DNA of 64,000 bases, from positions 3,168,001 through 3,232,000 of the forward strand of contig NZ_JAQNDL010000001.1 in assembly GCF_028368995.1 (NCBI RefSeq), given 5' to 3'. Below are positions 1-12,982 of the stretch, piece by piece. Both the position numbers and the translations under genes were made by a program. The stretch's first letter is position 1. Every line of letters starts with the position of its first letter. The notes under the pieces are model-generated. The model was not told the origin of the DNA. It saw nothing but the letters and a program-made list of their open reading frames with translations, and searched no databases. The stretch is from Nannocystis bainbridge (GTDB taxonomy: Bacteria; Myxococcota_A; Polyangia; Nannocystales; Nannocystaceae).

Positions 1-60
1 CGGCGGCTCGCGGCGCAATTTGCGAGGCGGACTCGAGCACACCGAAGCCCGCTGCTCGCC

Positions 61-88
61 CGCCTCCCGGGACATGTCCTTTCAGACA
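61..88. repeat. Tandem pair of the TGTCC-N4-GGACA palindrome family
   Basis: GGACA at 70-74 is followed by TGTCC-TTTC-AGACA at 75-88, upstream of fadD. Confidence 0.7.
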
Positions 89-253
89 GGAATGACGGTC
101 CCATGAACGTCGTTTGCGCGGCACGGGCGGGCGGGTGCGCGAGCGAGGCGTCCGCGCGTCCACGCGCCGCAGCCCGGGAAACTCCGCTGGGGAGGCGCCT
201 GGACAGGCGTGCGAGCCTTCGCTACAAGAGGTGCCTGTTGGAGCGCCTCGATC

Positions 254-2089
254 ATGGCTGACACACACCTCGCTCAGATGTTTTTCGACCGCGCCCGCTC
301 CGAGGGCCAGAGCCCGGGCTATCGCGTCCGCCAGGGCAACGCCTACGTCGACGTGCCCTTCGGCGAGGCCGCCGATCGCGTCGAGGCGATCGCCGCCGGC
401 GTGCTGAAGGGCGGCCACGCGCCCGCGATCGGCACCTGCGTCACGATCATGGCCAACACCCGACTCGAGTGGATCCTCGCCGACTGGGCCCTGCTGTCGC
501 TCGGCTACCGCACCGTCCCGATCTACGTCAGCCTGCTGCCGCCCGAGATCGGCTACATCCACGCCGACACCAAGGCCGAGCTGCTGGTGGTCGAGAACAA
601 GGAGATGCTCGACAAGGTGCGCGCGGCTCAGCGCGGCTTCACCTTCTTCGAGATCGAGTACCCGGCCGACGCGATCAAGCTCAAGCGCTTCATCGTCCTC
701 GACCCGACCGGCATCGCCCCCGGGGACGACTGGGAGAGCCTGGCCGACGTCGAGGCCCGCGGCCGCGCCGCGCTGGCCGAGACGAAGGGCGAGCGCGACA
801 AGCGGATGCAGGCGATCCAGCGCTCCGACGTCGCCACGTACACGTACACCTCCGGCACCACCGGCCCCCCGAAGGGCGTCATCCAGACCCACGGGAACAT
901 GCTGAGCATGCTCGAGAACGTCGAGGAGGTCGGCATGTTCAGCGACAAGGCGCGGGTCGGCGGCGCCTTCCTGTTCTTGCCGCTGGCGCACTCGTTCGGC
1001 CGCCTCGTCGAGTTCGGCGGCGCCTTCTTCCGCTGCAAGATCGTCCTGTCGTCGATCGCCACCGTCGCCGAGGACCTCGGCCTCGCGCGCCCCGGCTTCC
1101 TGCCCGCGGCCCCGCGGGTGTACGAGCGCGTCTACGGCAAGATCATGACCACGGTCGCCTCGAGCCCGGCGCTGCGGCAGAAGATCTTCCACTGGGCGCT
1201 CGGCGTCGGCAAGGCGACGATCCCCTACCGCCAGAAGAACAAGTCGCTGCCGCTCGCGCTCGGCATCAAGTACGGCCTGGCCGACCGCCTGGTGTTCTCG
1301 AAGCTCAAGGCCAAGCTCGGCATGGACCGCATGCACGTGCTGCTGTCCGGCTCGGCGCCGCTGCCGAAGGAGGTCGGCGAGTTCTTCATCGCGCTCGGCC
1401 TCAACGTGTGCGAGGCCTACGGCCTGACCGAGACCTGCCCCGGCCTCACCACCAACCGCCCCAACAACTGGAAGATCGGCACCGTCGGTCCGGCCATCAA
1501 GGGCGTTTCCCTGCGCCTCGCCGAGGACGGCGAGATCCTCGCCAAGGGCCCCAACGTCGTCGGCGGCTACCTCAACCGGCCCGACGCCACCGCCGAGGCG
1601 TGGGACAGCGAAGGCTGGTTCCACACCGGCGACATCGGCGAGTTCGACGAGGACATGCACCTGCGGATCACCGACCGCAAGAAGGACCTCATCAAGACCA
1701 GCGGCGGCAAGTACGTCGCCCCGCAGAAGATCGAGGCCCTGCTCAAGACCAAGCCGATCCTCAGCGAGGCGGTCGTCATCGGCGACGGTCGCAAGTACTG
1801 CGTCGTCCTCGTCACCGTCGACAAGGAGAAGCTCGCCGCCTGGTCGCAGCGCACCGGTAACCCCGCCGACATCAACAGCGGCGCCGTGCAGAAGGAAGTC
1901 CAGGGCTACCTCGACGAGGTCAACCAGAGCCTCGCCTCGTTCGAGTCGATCAAGTACTTCAAGATCGCCCCCGAGGAGTTCACGGTCGACAATGGCATGC
2001 TGACGGCCTCGTTCAAGGTCAAGCGCAAGGAGGTCTCCAAGCGCTACAAGGCCCTGATCGACTCGATGTTCTCGGCCGGCAAGGAGTGA
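254..2089 (+). CDS. fadD: Long-chain fatty acid-CoA ligase (AMP-dependent synthetase)
   Basis: YTSGTTGPPKG AMP-binding loop, AYGLTET, WFHTGDIG, ITDRKKDLI, and C-terminal LTASFKVKR. Start moved to ATG 254 (MADTHL). Confidence 0.93.
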   Translation: MADTHLAQMFFDRARSEGQSPGYRVRQGNAYVDVPFGEAADRVEAIAAGVLKGGHAPAIGTCVTIMANTRLEWILADWALLSLGYRTVPIYVSLLPPEIGYIHADTKAELLVVENKEMLDKVRAAQRGFTFFEIEYPADAIKLKRFIVLDPTGIAPGDDWESLADVEARGRAALAETKGERDKRMQAIQRSDVATYTYTSGTTGPPKGVIQTHGNMLSMLENVEEVGMFSDKARVGGAFLFLPLAHSFGRLVEFGGAFFRCKIVLSSIATVAEDLGLARPGFLPAAPRVYERVYGKIMTTVASSPALRQKIFHWALGVGKATIPYRQKNKSLPLALGIKYGLADRLVFSKLKAKLGMDRMHVLLSGSAPLPKEVGEFFIALGLNVCEAYGLTETCPGLTTNRPNNWKIGTVGPAIKGVSLRLAEDGEILAKGPNVVGGYLNRPDATAEAWDSEGWFHTGDIGEFDEDMHLRITDRKKDLIKTSGGKYVAPQKIEALLKTKPILSEAVVIGDGRKYCVVLVTVDKEKLAAWSQRTGNPADINSGAVQKEVQGYLDEVNQSLASFESIKYFKIAPEEFTVDNGMLTASFKVKRKEVSKRYKALIDSMFSAGKE

Positions 2090-2101
2090 GCTGACCGCTC
2101 C

Positions 2102-2162
2102 GCCATGTCCGATCGGACATGGCACAAGAGACATGGCGCCGAGGACATGCCCTCGGCGCCAT
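2102..2162. repeat. 14-bp-phased array (4 units) of the TGTCC-N4-GGACA family between convergent genes
   Basis: Units: TGTCC-GATC-GGACA 2106, TGGCA-CAAG-AGACA 2120, TGGCG-CCGA-GGACA 2134, TGCCC-TCGG-CGCCA 2148. CAT falls at 2104/2118/2132/2146/2160. Also a perfect 22-bp palindrome at 2102-2123 and a 12-bp inverted repeat at 2133-2162. Confidence 0.85.
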
Positions 2163-2184
2163 CTTCATTTCTGCCGCAAGAGCG

Positions 2185-5859
<3,675 letters not shown>

Positions 5860-6000
5860 GTCTTCAGATTTCAACGAGAGCGCGGTCGCGCGAGCACGGG
5901 CACGGTCGAGGCGTGGCATACTGCGGCCTCAGACAACCTCGTCCCGGCGAGGTTCCCCGCGATCCCGACGCCCGCACGAACGCGGGCCCCCTACGCCGGA

Positions 6001-7311
6001 TCAGAGCGGCGGCAACCCGACCAGCGCCGCGTGGGTGTCGGCCCACATCTTCAGGCCCACGAGGTCGAGGGAGTAAACGCTCGTCACGCTCCACGGCCAC
6101 GCGCCCGCGTAGCCGTTGGCGCGCAGGACATCGAGCCGCGCGGCCGCCTGGTCCGAGACGATGAACTCGCCCACCACCATCGGCCGGTCGAGCCCGAGGT
6201 CGGCGTATGCCTGCACCGTCGGCGAGAACTGCACCGTCCCGAGCTCCGGATCGCCGTTCCACTGCTGCCCGTCCATCCACGGGTAGTAGTGCGTCTGGTA
6301 GAAGTCGAGCCCCAGCGGCGGCAGCCCGTGCGAGCTGGCGAACTCGGGCGTCCACACGCGATACCACTTCAACGACGCCGACCCCAGCGTCACGTAGGCT
6401 GAAGTGTGGGTGTGCACGGCTTCGCTGACGGTGGCCGCGAACGCGTAGAAGTCTGCCAGCGGGACGGCGTCGGCGCCGCCGTCGGGCGAGGCGGCGGGCA
6501 GGTCGGCGATCGACCACTCTGGCTCGTTCATGATCTCCCACGCGAGGATCGCCGGCTCGTCGGCGAACTCCTGCAAGAGCGGCACGATCGCCGCCTCGAC
6601 CAGCGCCGCCCGCTTGGCCGGATCTTCGAGCGTGTCGCTGCGCCCGCCCGTCTGCACCCCGTTGTTGTGCTGGGCCCAGAACATCCAGTGGAAATCGAGC
6701 AGCACCGGCACGAGGTAGATGCCCCGCGCCCGTGCGATCGCCACGGCCTCATGCATGTCCTCGAGGACATGTTCTCCGAGACCGGTCGGATTGCCGTCGC
6801 CCGAGAACGAGATCCCCGCGCGACCGTCGGTGAACACGAACCATCGCGCCACCCGCAGCCCATGACTCTGCAGCGCGTCGAAGTGCGCCCCGACCTCGGC
6901 CTGCTTGGTGTGCACCCCGTAGGTGCCCCAATTGTTGCTGCCGAAATCGCCGCCGTAGTTCAGCCACGGATAGTTGGCGCCCAGCAGGAAGTAATCACCG
7001 TCACCGACCGGGATCGTGCTCCCGGGTGGCACGTCCTGCCCGCCGGTCGTCCCGCTGCTCGAGCTCGTCGAGGTGTCACTGGTCGTGCTCGTCGTGCTCG
7101 TCGTGCTGGTGCTCGTGCTCGAGCTCGTCTCCACGCCGGTCGTCGGCGCCGTCGTACCCCACGTCGTCGTCGTGTCCCACGTCGTGCCCCACGTCGTCGT
7201 CGTCGTCATCGACGAGGTCGTGTCGAAGTCGGCGGCGAACGTGGTCTCGAACCCGTCGTCCAGCTGACACGCGAGCGCGAGCGACCCGAGGACCAGAACC
7301 AGTCGATGCAT
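6001..7311 (-). CDS. Glycoside hydrolase clan A (GH5-like cellulase/mannanase) lipoprotein with Thr/Ser-rich linker
   Basis: Signal MHRLVLVLGSLALAC, WEIMNEPE acid/base motif, QTHYY, VVGEF nucleophile, GAWPWS. Start reset to ATG 7311. Confidence 0.85.
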   Translation of the reverse strand: MHRLVLVLGSLALACQLDDGFETTFAADFDTTSSMTTTTTWGTTWDTTTTWGTTAPTTGVETSSSTSTSTTSTTSTTSDTSTSSSSGTTGGQDVPPGSTIPVGDGDYFLLGANYPWLNYGGDFGSNNWGTYGVHTKQAEVGAHFDALQSHGLRVARWFVFTDGRAGISFSGDGNPTGLGEHVLEDMHEAVAIARARGIYLVPVLLDFHWMFWAQHNNGVQTGGRSDTLEDPAKRAALVEAAIVPLLQEFADEPAILAWEIMNEPEWSIADLPAASPDGGADAVPLADFYAFAATVSEAVHTHTSAYVTLGSASLKWYRVWTPEFASSHGLPPLGLDFYQTHYYPWMDGQQWNGDPELGTVQFSPTVQAYADLGLDRPMVVGEFIVSDQAAARLDVLRANGYAGAWPWSVTSVYSLDLVGLKMWADTHAALVGLPPL

Positions 7312-7415
7312 CCCCTTACGATAGCGGCGAGCGCCGCGGAGCGCACCGAGCCCACAAATGGCCGAGGGCCACCCGGCATAGCCGGACAGCCCCCGCGTGC
7401 TGACGTGCAGCAGGA

Positions 7416-8681
7416 TTAGTTCGTCGCGACCGCGGCGCTGACCGAGCCGGCAGCCTGGAGCTGCGTGCTGAGGCGGCCCGCCGAGTCGGTGATGAGCTTG
7501 GCGGCCTCCGGCAGCAGGCCGATGGCACAAGCGGCGCCGATCGACGCCTTGAGGTCGCCCGAGGCCTTGAGCGTCCCGGCGGCCGAGTTGACCGCGGTGA
7601 CGCCGGCGTCGCCGAGCGTGGCACTGACTTCGATCAGGCCCTCGGCGCGAGCCACGGCGGCGAGCAGCGCCGCGTAGCGGATCTTGAAGTTGTTGATGAA
7701 GCCCTTGAACTCGGCGCGCAGGTCGGCGCTGCCGCCGGCCTCGGCGTTGAACACGTAGTCCACGCTCAGCGACGGCGGGTAGCACTGGACGCTCGCCTCC
7801 GCCTTGGCGTTGACGGTCGCCTCGCACTCGGCCGACACCTCGGGCGGGGTCGCCTTGCCGGTGCAGCTGCCCTTGCACTCGACGTTCGCCTCGGCGGACG
7901 CCGAGCAACGGGCCTCGGCCGACGCGTCGCAGGAGCCGCTCGGCGGGGTGTACTCGCAGGAGCCGGTGCACTTGCCCTCGCAGGAACCGCCCGCGCCGAG
8001 ATCGCAGGTGCCCTCGCACATGCCGGCGCAGCGACCCTCGAAGTCCTCGCCGTCGCAGCGGCCGCTGCAGGTGCCGTCGCAGGCCGCGGCGGCAGTGAAC
8101 TCGCAGGCGCCCTTGCAGGTGCCTTCGCAGTTCAGGTTCGGCGCCTGACCCTCGCAGGTCAGGCCGCCAGCCGCGTGGCAGTCGGCCTGGGCGTTGACGT
8201 CGATCGCGCAGCTGCCCTCGCACTTGGCCTCGATCGAGCCCGGCTTCGCCATGACGTCGCACTCGGCCGCGGCCTTGACCGCGATGTCGAGCTGCGCCTC
8301 GCAGCGCGGCGGCTCGGCCTTGATCTTCAGGCCGGCCTCGACGTCGATGTACGCCGACAGCTTGGCCTGGAGCGCGGCCTTGAAGTCGCCGCCGACCTCG
8401 GCGCCGACGAGCCCGTAGAGCGCCGTGAGCTCCGCCTGGATGTCGGAGGCGGTGGCGTTGATGGCACCCGACACGTCGAGCGTCGCGCTGAAGAACGCGT
8501 CGATCTCGGCGATGCCGGAGACGTTGAACTTACCGTTGACGAAGGCGTCGGCGTCACACGTGAGCCCGCACTGCTCGGCAATGTTGCCGACGTCGTCGCA
8601 GCCCTGCGTTGCGGTGAGCGACAAACCCGCGATGAGGCCGCCGGCGATCAACCCAAAGGATCCCATTCGATTCGTGATCAT
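7416..8681 (-). CDS. Cys-rich secreted lipoprotein (CxGxCxGxC repeats)
   Basis: Signal ending TATQGC, many CEGTCKGAC/CDGTCSGRC/CEGKCTGSC units, strong GC3 codon bias. Confidence 0.8.
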   Translation of the reverse strand: MITNRMGSFGLIAGGLIAGLSLTATQGCDDVGNIAEQCGLTCDADAFVNGKFNVSGIAEIDAFFSATLDVSGAINATASDIQAELTALYGLVGAEVGGDFKAALQAKLSAYIDVEAGLKIKAEPPRCEAQLDIAVKAAAECDVMAKPGSIEAKCEGSCAIDVNAQADCHAAGGLTCEGQAPNLNCEGTCKGACEFTAAAACDGTCSGRCDGEDFEGRCAGMCEGTCDLGAGGSCEGKCTGSCEYTPPSGSCDASAEARCSASAEANVECKGSCTGKATPPEVSAECEATVNAKAEASVQCYPPSLSVDYVFNAEAGGSADLRAEFKGFINNFKIRYAALLAAVARAEGLIEVSATLGDAGVTAVNSAAGTLKASGDLKASIGAACAIGLLPEAAKLITDSAGRLSTQLQAAGSVSAAVATN

Positions 8682-9082
8682 GATCTTGACTGCTCCTTAC
8701 CAAGCTCTGCGATGAACTCGTCGGTGGTTCCACGGAATTCTCGCCGTGCCGGCGCGTATGCGGACGCACGCGCGCCGAACCGTCGAGATGGTCCCATGAG
8801 CGAAGGACCCTGCAAAGCCCCTTTAAAAGGGAACGAGCCCGGGCGCAGCAACATGTGCACTGCGCTGGGCTCGTTACGAACTGCGACCCAACCGCCCGGG
8901 GGAGGGAGGTTAGCTTTGCAAGGTTCGCTCGCGAAGACAGGACCAAACATGGAAGCCGATGGTGCCCCTTGGACAGCGCGACCGCGCAAATCTTCAAGCC
9001 AGGCCGGCGGGGTTTACCATGCTCTTCGTCGTGCGCCAGCAATGTCCGCGCGCGAAACCGAAGTTGCCCCCAACTTCATGGA

Positions 9083-10045
9083 TCAGGGGTCGTCGTCGGG
9101 GGCGCGCAAGAAATCGACGATGACCGGGCAGTGGTCGCTCACGTCGGCGTAGTCGCGCTCCGGGTGGGTCGGCGTCGAGCGGAACGGGCGGCAGGCATGG
9201 CGCGCGCAGTGAAGGAGTGACTCCGCCTGTACCTTCGCGACCTCGCCGGCGAGGACTCCGCGGACCCACACCAGGTCGAGCAGAGATGGTTCATGCCAGA
9301 CATCGCGCCGACCTCCATCCCAGTACGCGGAGCAGCCTGAGCCATTGACCACTCGCTGCAGCCCGGCCGCGCCGAGACGCGCATCCAGGGCCTGCAGTTC
9401 CTCTTCAGGCCGGCCCCGTGTGGGTCCGGTGGCGTTGAAATCGCCGAGGACGATGACATCGTCGTCATCCTGCGCGATCTCCTCGACGATCCCGGCCAGC
9501 ACCTCCCACTGCGAGCGACGCAGCGCATAGCCCTCGTCGCTCGCCTTGAGGTGCACCACCAGCACGTGGAAGTCGGGCCCGCCGCCGCGCCCGCGCAAGT
9601 AGCCCGAAAGGCCAGGTCGCACCGGACCGCCCATCGTCAGTCCTTCGTGCTCTCGCGGCGCGCCGATCAGCTCGAACACCGATGGGTCGTAGAGGAAGCC
9701 GAGCCGTTGATCGTTGCGCCCGCCGGCGTTCGACAGCGCCAGCTCCCAGCCGGGCATCGCTTGCCGCAGGCGATCGGCGTCGTGGATCTCCTGCACCGCG
9801 ATCACATCGGCCGCGAGCGCCGACAGACGGGCGGCCAGGCGCTCGAGGTCCTGGCCCTCGTCGGGGAAGTTGCGCAGGTTCCACGTCGCCACGCGCAGCT
9901 GGTTCGCCGACTTGCCCGGCGCGGCGCCCTCCCCGGGCAGGCCCCACCAGCGTCGCAGCGGTTCGCCCGCGAGCGACCACGTCGTCACCAGCGCGAGCAC
10001 CAGCACGAAGCCGAGCCACCGCGGCGGTCGTCTGCGGCGCGCCAC
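9083..10045 (-). CDS. Endonuclease/exonuclease/phosphatase family protein, N-terminal membrane anchor
   Basis: ATWNLRNF, AVQEI, VHLKA, LGDFN, LDLVW, SDHCPV. Confidence 0.88.
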   Translation of the reverse strand: MARRRRPPRWLGFVLVLALVTTWSLAGEPLRRWWGLPGEGAAPGKSANQLRVATWNLRNFPDEGQDLERLAARLSALAADVIAVQEIHDADRLRQAMPGWELALSNAGGRNDQRLGFLYDPSVFELIGAPREHEGLTMGGPVRPGLSGYLRGRGGGPDFHVLVVHLKASDEGYALRRSQWEVLAGIVEEIAQDDDDVIVLGDFNATGPTRGRPEEELQALDARLGAAGLQRVVNGSGCSAYWDGGRRDVWHEPSLLDLVWVRGVLAGEVAKVQAESLLHCARHACRPFRSTPTHPERDYADVSDHCPVIVDFLRAPDDDP

Positions 10046-10048
10046 GGC

Positions 10049-10555
10049 TCAGGCCTCGAACTCGTACTCGGTGAAGCCGAGCTCGAAGCTGCACGCGCGC
10101 GCCGGTGCGACCGCCGTCGGCGGGCTCGCGGCGTGCTGCACCACATAAGGACCGGCCAGGCGCACCACCGCTTCGGGCGTGTGGGCGAGACCTGTCCCGA
10201 AGGTCAGACGCCTGCCGCCGCCGGGCGCGTCCGCTTGCGCGAGCAGCTGCAGCGCGGTCGCCTCCTCCGGGCCCTGCGCATACACGTCGCAGCTCGCCGC
10301 GTCGGCGGCCGTCTGTTCGACCTCGACCTCGACGCGCATCGACCAGCCGCGCCGCGTCGCCCGCCGCTGCAGATCAGCGAGCAGGTCGGCTGCCGCAAAC
10401 TCGTGCACGTCGTCGTCATCGAGCGCATCGGGCTGCGCGACCGGCAGCGCCACGCTGTAGACCGGGCAGAACAGCGCGCCCCCTAGCGGATCGCCGACGC
10501 CGAACACGCAGCGCAGCGCGAACAGCCCGGGGGCCGTGCATGGCTCTTCGGACAT
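10049..10555 (-). CDS. Hypothetical protein
   Basis: Open frame between rpsU and the EEP gene in the same orientation, with a plausible non-shadow composition. The start ATG lies inside the palindrome junction at 10553-10555. Confidence 0.55.
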   Translation of the reverse strand: MSEEPCTAPGLFALRCVFGVGDPLGGALFCPVYSVALPVAQPDALDDDDVHEFAAADLLADLQRRATRRGWSMRVEVEVEQTAADAASCDVYAQGPEEATALQLLAQADAPGGGRRLTFGTGLAHTPEAVVRLAGPYVVQHAASPPTAVAPARACSFELGFTEYEFEA

Positions 10556-10626
10556 GTCCCTCGGGACACCGTCATCGCGCCGGGCGGCGACCAGACGCAG
10601 TCGCATGGGACCTGTCCGAAAGGACT
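10541..10626. repeat. Cluster of TGTCC-N4-GGACA units
   Basis: TGGCT-CTTC-GGACA 10541, perfect TGTCC-CTCG-GGACA 10555, TGTCC-GAAA-GGACT 10613. Confidence 0.8.
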
Positions 10627-10627
10627 G

Positions 10628-10942
10628 CTAACCCTCGCCGCGCATCATCGGGCGCTTGCGCTGGCGACGCTTGCGACGGCGCTCGGCCTCACGCAGCTTG
10701 CGCTTCATCTTGACGCTCGGCTTCTCGTAGTGGCGGCGCCGCTTGATCTCGCGGAGCACGCCCTCGCTGGCCATCAGGCGGCGGAGCTTGCGGATAGCCC
10801 GCTCGACGCCACGCTCGTCGACCTTGACCTCCAGCGGGCGGCCCGTCACCGGGCGATGATCGTTCACGGTGGTGGCGGGGTTCGGGAGCGGCTCGCGGCG
10901 CTGGTTGTAGTCGGAGAACTCTTCGTCGGTTTGGCGGGCCAT
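10628..10942 (-). CDS. rpsU: 30S ribosomal protein S21 with N-terminal extension
   Basis: EVKVDERGVERAIRKLRR...GVLREIKRRRHYEKPSVK.KRK..EA is the bS21 signature. Confidence 0.9.
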   Translation of the reverse strand: MARQTDEEFSDYNQRREPLPNPATTVNDHRPVTGRPLEVKVDERGVERAIRKLRRLMASEGVLREIKRRRHYEKPSVKMKRKLREAERRRKRRQRKRPMMRGEG

Positions 10943-11006
10943 GGTTGAAGGCCGCAATGGATAGGAGATCCCGCGGCGGCGGTCAAGCGGCCGGCCTGGC
11001 CGAGGT

Positions 11007-11783
11007 TCACCCGCCGGCGACACCCCCGGCGGCCGTGCGCCCGCCGTCGACGGCGATGATCTGGCCGCTGACGAAGGCGCTGCGGGCCAGAAACAGGACC
11101 GTCTCGGCGACGTCGTCGGGCGTGCCGATCCGCCCGAGCGGAATCGCGCGCACGATCCGCGCGCGGATCTCCGACCCCTCGGCGAACCGCGGATCTGCCT
11201 CCGGCCAGACCACCGTGCCCGGCGCCACCCCGTTGACCCGCACCGCCGGCGCCAGCTCGACCGCCAGCGCCTTGGTGGCCATCAGCAGCCCGGCCTTGGC
11301 CGTGCAATGGTCGAGATAGCCAGGCCAGGGCTGCATCGCCGCCACGTCGAGGATGTTGACCACCGCCCCGCGCGCCGCCGTCAGCGCCGGCGCCACCGCC
11401 CGCGTCAGCGACACCGGCGCCACCAGGTTCACCTCGAGCACGCGCCGGAGATCGTCGTCGTCGCGGGCCGCGAACTCACCGCGCTCGAAGCTCGCCGCGC
11501 TGTTGACCAGCAAATCGAGGCGACCGCCGGCGGGCCCCGCCGGGTCGAGGACCCGCGCCGCGAGCCCCTTCCGCGCCGACTCGGCCGCCAGGTCGGCCTG
11601 GATCGTGCCCACGCAGCCGGACCCTAGCGCCTCGCCGAGCGCATCCGCCGCCGTTTTGCTGCTGTGATAGTGCAACCAGACACGGTAGCCGGCGCGGGCG
11701 AGCGTGCTCGTGATCGCCCGTCCGACCCGCACGGCCCCGCCCGTCACCAGCGCGATTGGCGCCACCTGCTCGGAGTGCTCCAT
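11007..11783 (-). CDS. Short-chain dehydrogenase, pteridine reductase (FolM/PTR1)-like
   Basis: TGGAVRVG, WLHYHSS, LVNSAASF, NILD, VRVNGVAPG, VDGGR. Lies close to folE. Confidence 0.82.
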   Translation of the reverse strand: MEHSEQVAPIALVTGGAVRVGRAITSTLARAGYRVWLHYHSSKTAADALGEALGSGCVGTIQADLAAESARKGLAARVLDPAGPAGGRLDLLVNSAASFERGEFAARDDDDLRRVLEVNLVAPVSLTRAVAPALTAARGAVVNILDVAAMQPWPGYLDHCTAKAGLLMATKALAVELAPAVRVNGVAPGTVVWPEADPRFAEGSEIRARIVRAIPLGRIGTPDDVAETVLFLARSAFVSGQIIAVDGGRTAAGGVAGG

Positions 11784-11842
11784 GACGTGGGAGAGCCTAC
11801 CGATCTCACGCGCGGGCGCCACCGCGTAACCCTCTCGCAATA

Positions 11843-11872
11843 TTGACTGTTACGATAGGTCACGCGTACGGT
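11843..11872 (+). promoter_or_regulatory. Putative sigma70 promoter of the merR-folE operon (long spacer, imperfect dyad)
   Basis: TTGACT at 11843-11848, an 18-bp spacer containing GTTAC-N5-GTCAC, TACGGT at 11867-11872, and an ATG 6 nt later. Confidence 0.5.
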
Positions 11873-11878
11873 TTCTGC

Positions 11879-12364
11879 ATGTCGGGGACGGAACGGACGC
11901 TCAGCTTGAAGGATATGTTGGCCGGAAGCGGCTGCACGCCGCGGACCGTGCGGTTTTACGAGCGTGAGGGGCTGCTGCGGGCCACGCGGACGCGCGGGGG
12001 CCATCGCGCGTTTTCGCCTACCGAGCTCGACCGGCTCAACTTCATCGTCGCGCTGCGGGAGGCCGGCTGGTCGCTGGAGGAGATCGCCGAGCTGCTGGCG
12101 ATCCGCGGCGCGGCCGCCAGCGACCGCGACGCCTGCCGGCAGCTCGACCAGACCCTGCGCGGCCGCCTCGGCGAGCTCGAACGCAAGCTGGATCTCCTCA
12201 CCCGCTTGCGCAGCGACCTCGAAGGCACTCGCAAGGCGCTCGCCGTGTGCAGCGAGTGCACCGAGGCCGCCCCGGACCGCGCCGGTTGTCTCGACTGCAA
12301 GCGGCTGCCGGAGCCGGCCGAGCTGCCGCGAGGGTTCCGCCTGACCTGGCGCGTCGACGGCTAG
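11879..12364 (+). CDS. MerR-family transcriptional regulator
   Basis: GCTPRTVRFYEREGLL...RTRGGHRAF, LREAGWSLEEIAELL, and a C-terminal Cys cluster (CSEC, CLDC). Confidence 0.9.
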   Translation: MSGTERTLSLKDMLAGSGCTPRTVRFYEREGLLRATRTRGGHRAFSPTELDRLNFIVALREAGWSLEEIAELLAIRGAAASDRDACRQLDQTLRGRLGELERKLDLLTRLRSDLEGTRKALAVCSECTEAAPDRAGCLDCKRLPEPAELPRGFRLTWRVDG

Positions 12365-12400
12365 TGCCTCGGCCGCGCGAACCGGGTATATCGGGGCGAC

Positions 12401-12982
12401 GTGCCCGAGCACGCCGAAGACCAGCCTGTCGAGCTCGAGCGTCGGATCGCCATCGAGCGGGCGATCGCGGCGCTGCTCGACGCTTGCGGCCTCGACCGTC
12501 GCCACAAGGACTTCACGAGCACGCCGAGCCGGGTCGCGCGCGTGTGGTCGCAGGAGTTCCTGTCCGGCTTCGCCATGGACCCGGCCAAGATCCTCGGCGA
12601 CCCCGTCGAGGGCGAGGGTGAATCGGCGCTCGTCGTGGTGCGGGGGATCCCCTTCCACGGCCTCTGTCCGCACCACCTCCTCCCCTACACCGGCACCGCC
12701 ACCGTCGCGTACCTGCCCGCCGCCAAGCTCGCGGGCTTCGGCCGGCTCGGCGATCTCGTCGCCTGCTTCACTCGCCGCCTCACCTTGCAGGAGCGAGCCT
12801 GCAACGACGTCGTCGACGCCCTGGTCGAGCACCTCGGCGCGCGCGGGGCCGGCTGCGTCATGCGAGGCCGACACACCTGCCTCAGCATCCCCGACAACAA
12901 GCACGGCGCCGAGGTCATGACCAGCTCGGTGCGCGGTGAGCTGTCGAGCCGGACCGACCTGCAGGCCCAGCTGTTCGCGTGA
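12401..12982 (+). CDS. folE: GTP cyclohydrolase I
   Basis: TPSRVAR, CPHHLLP, AYLP...GFGRL, RRLTLQE, HTC. Confidence 0.9.
   Translation: MPEHAEDQPVELERRIAIERAIAALLDACGLDRRHKDFTSTPSRVARVWSQEFLSGFAMDPAKILGDPVEGEGESALVVVRGIPFHGLCPHHLLPYTGTATVAYLPAAKLAGFGRLGDLVACFTRRLTLQERACNDVVDALVEHLGARGAGCVMRGRHTCLSIPDNKHGAEVMTSSVRGELSSRTDLQAQLFA

Noticed and set aside
70-79. GGACATGTCC equals the p53 half-site consensus and contains the PciI site ACATGT
   Set aside because: A coincidental junction of two 14-bp units. Isolated sites lack it (for example CCTGTCC..GGACAG).
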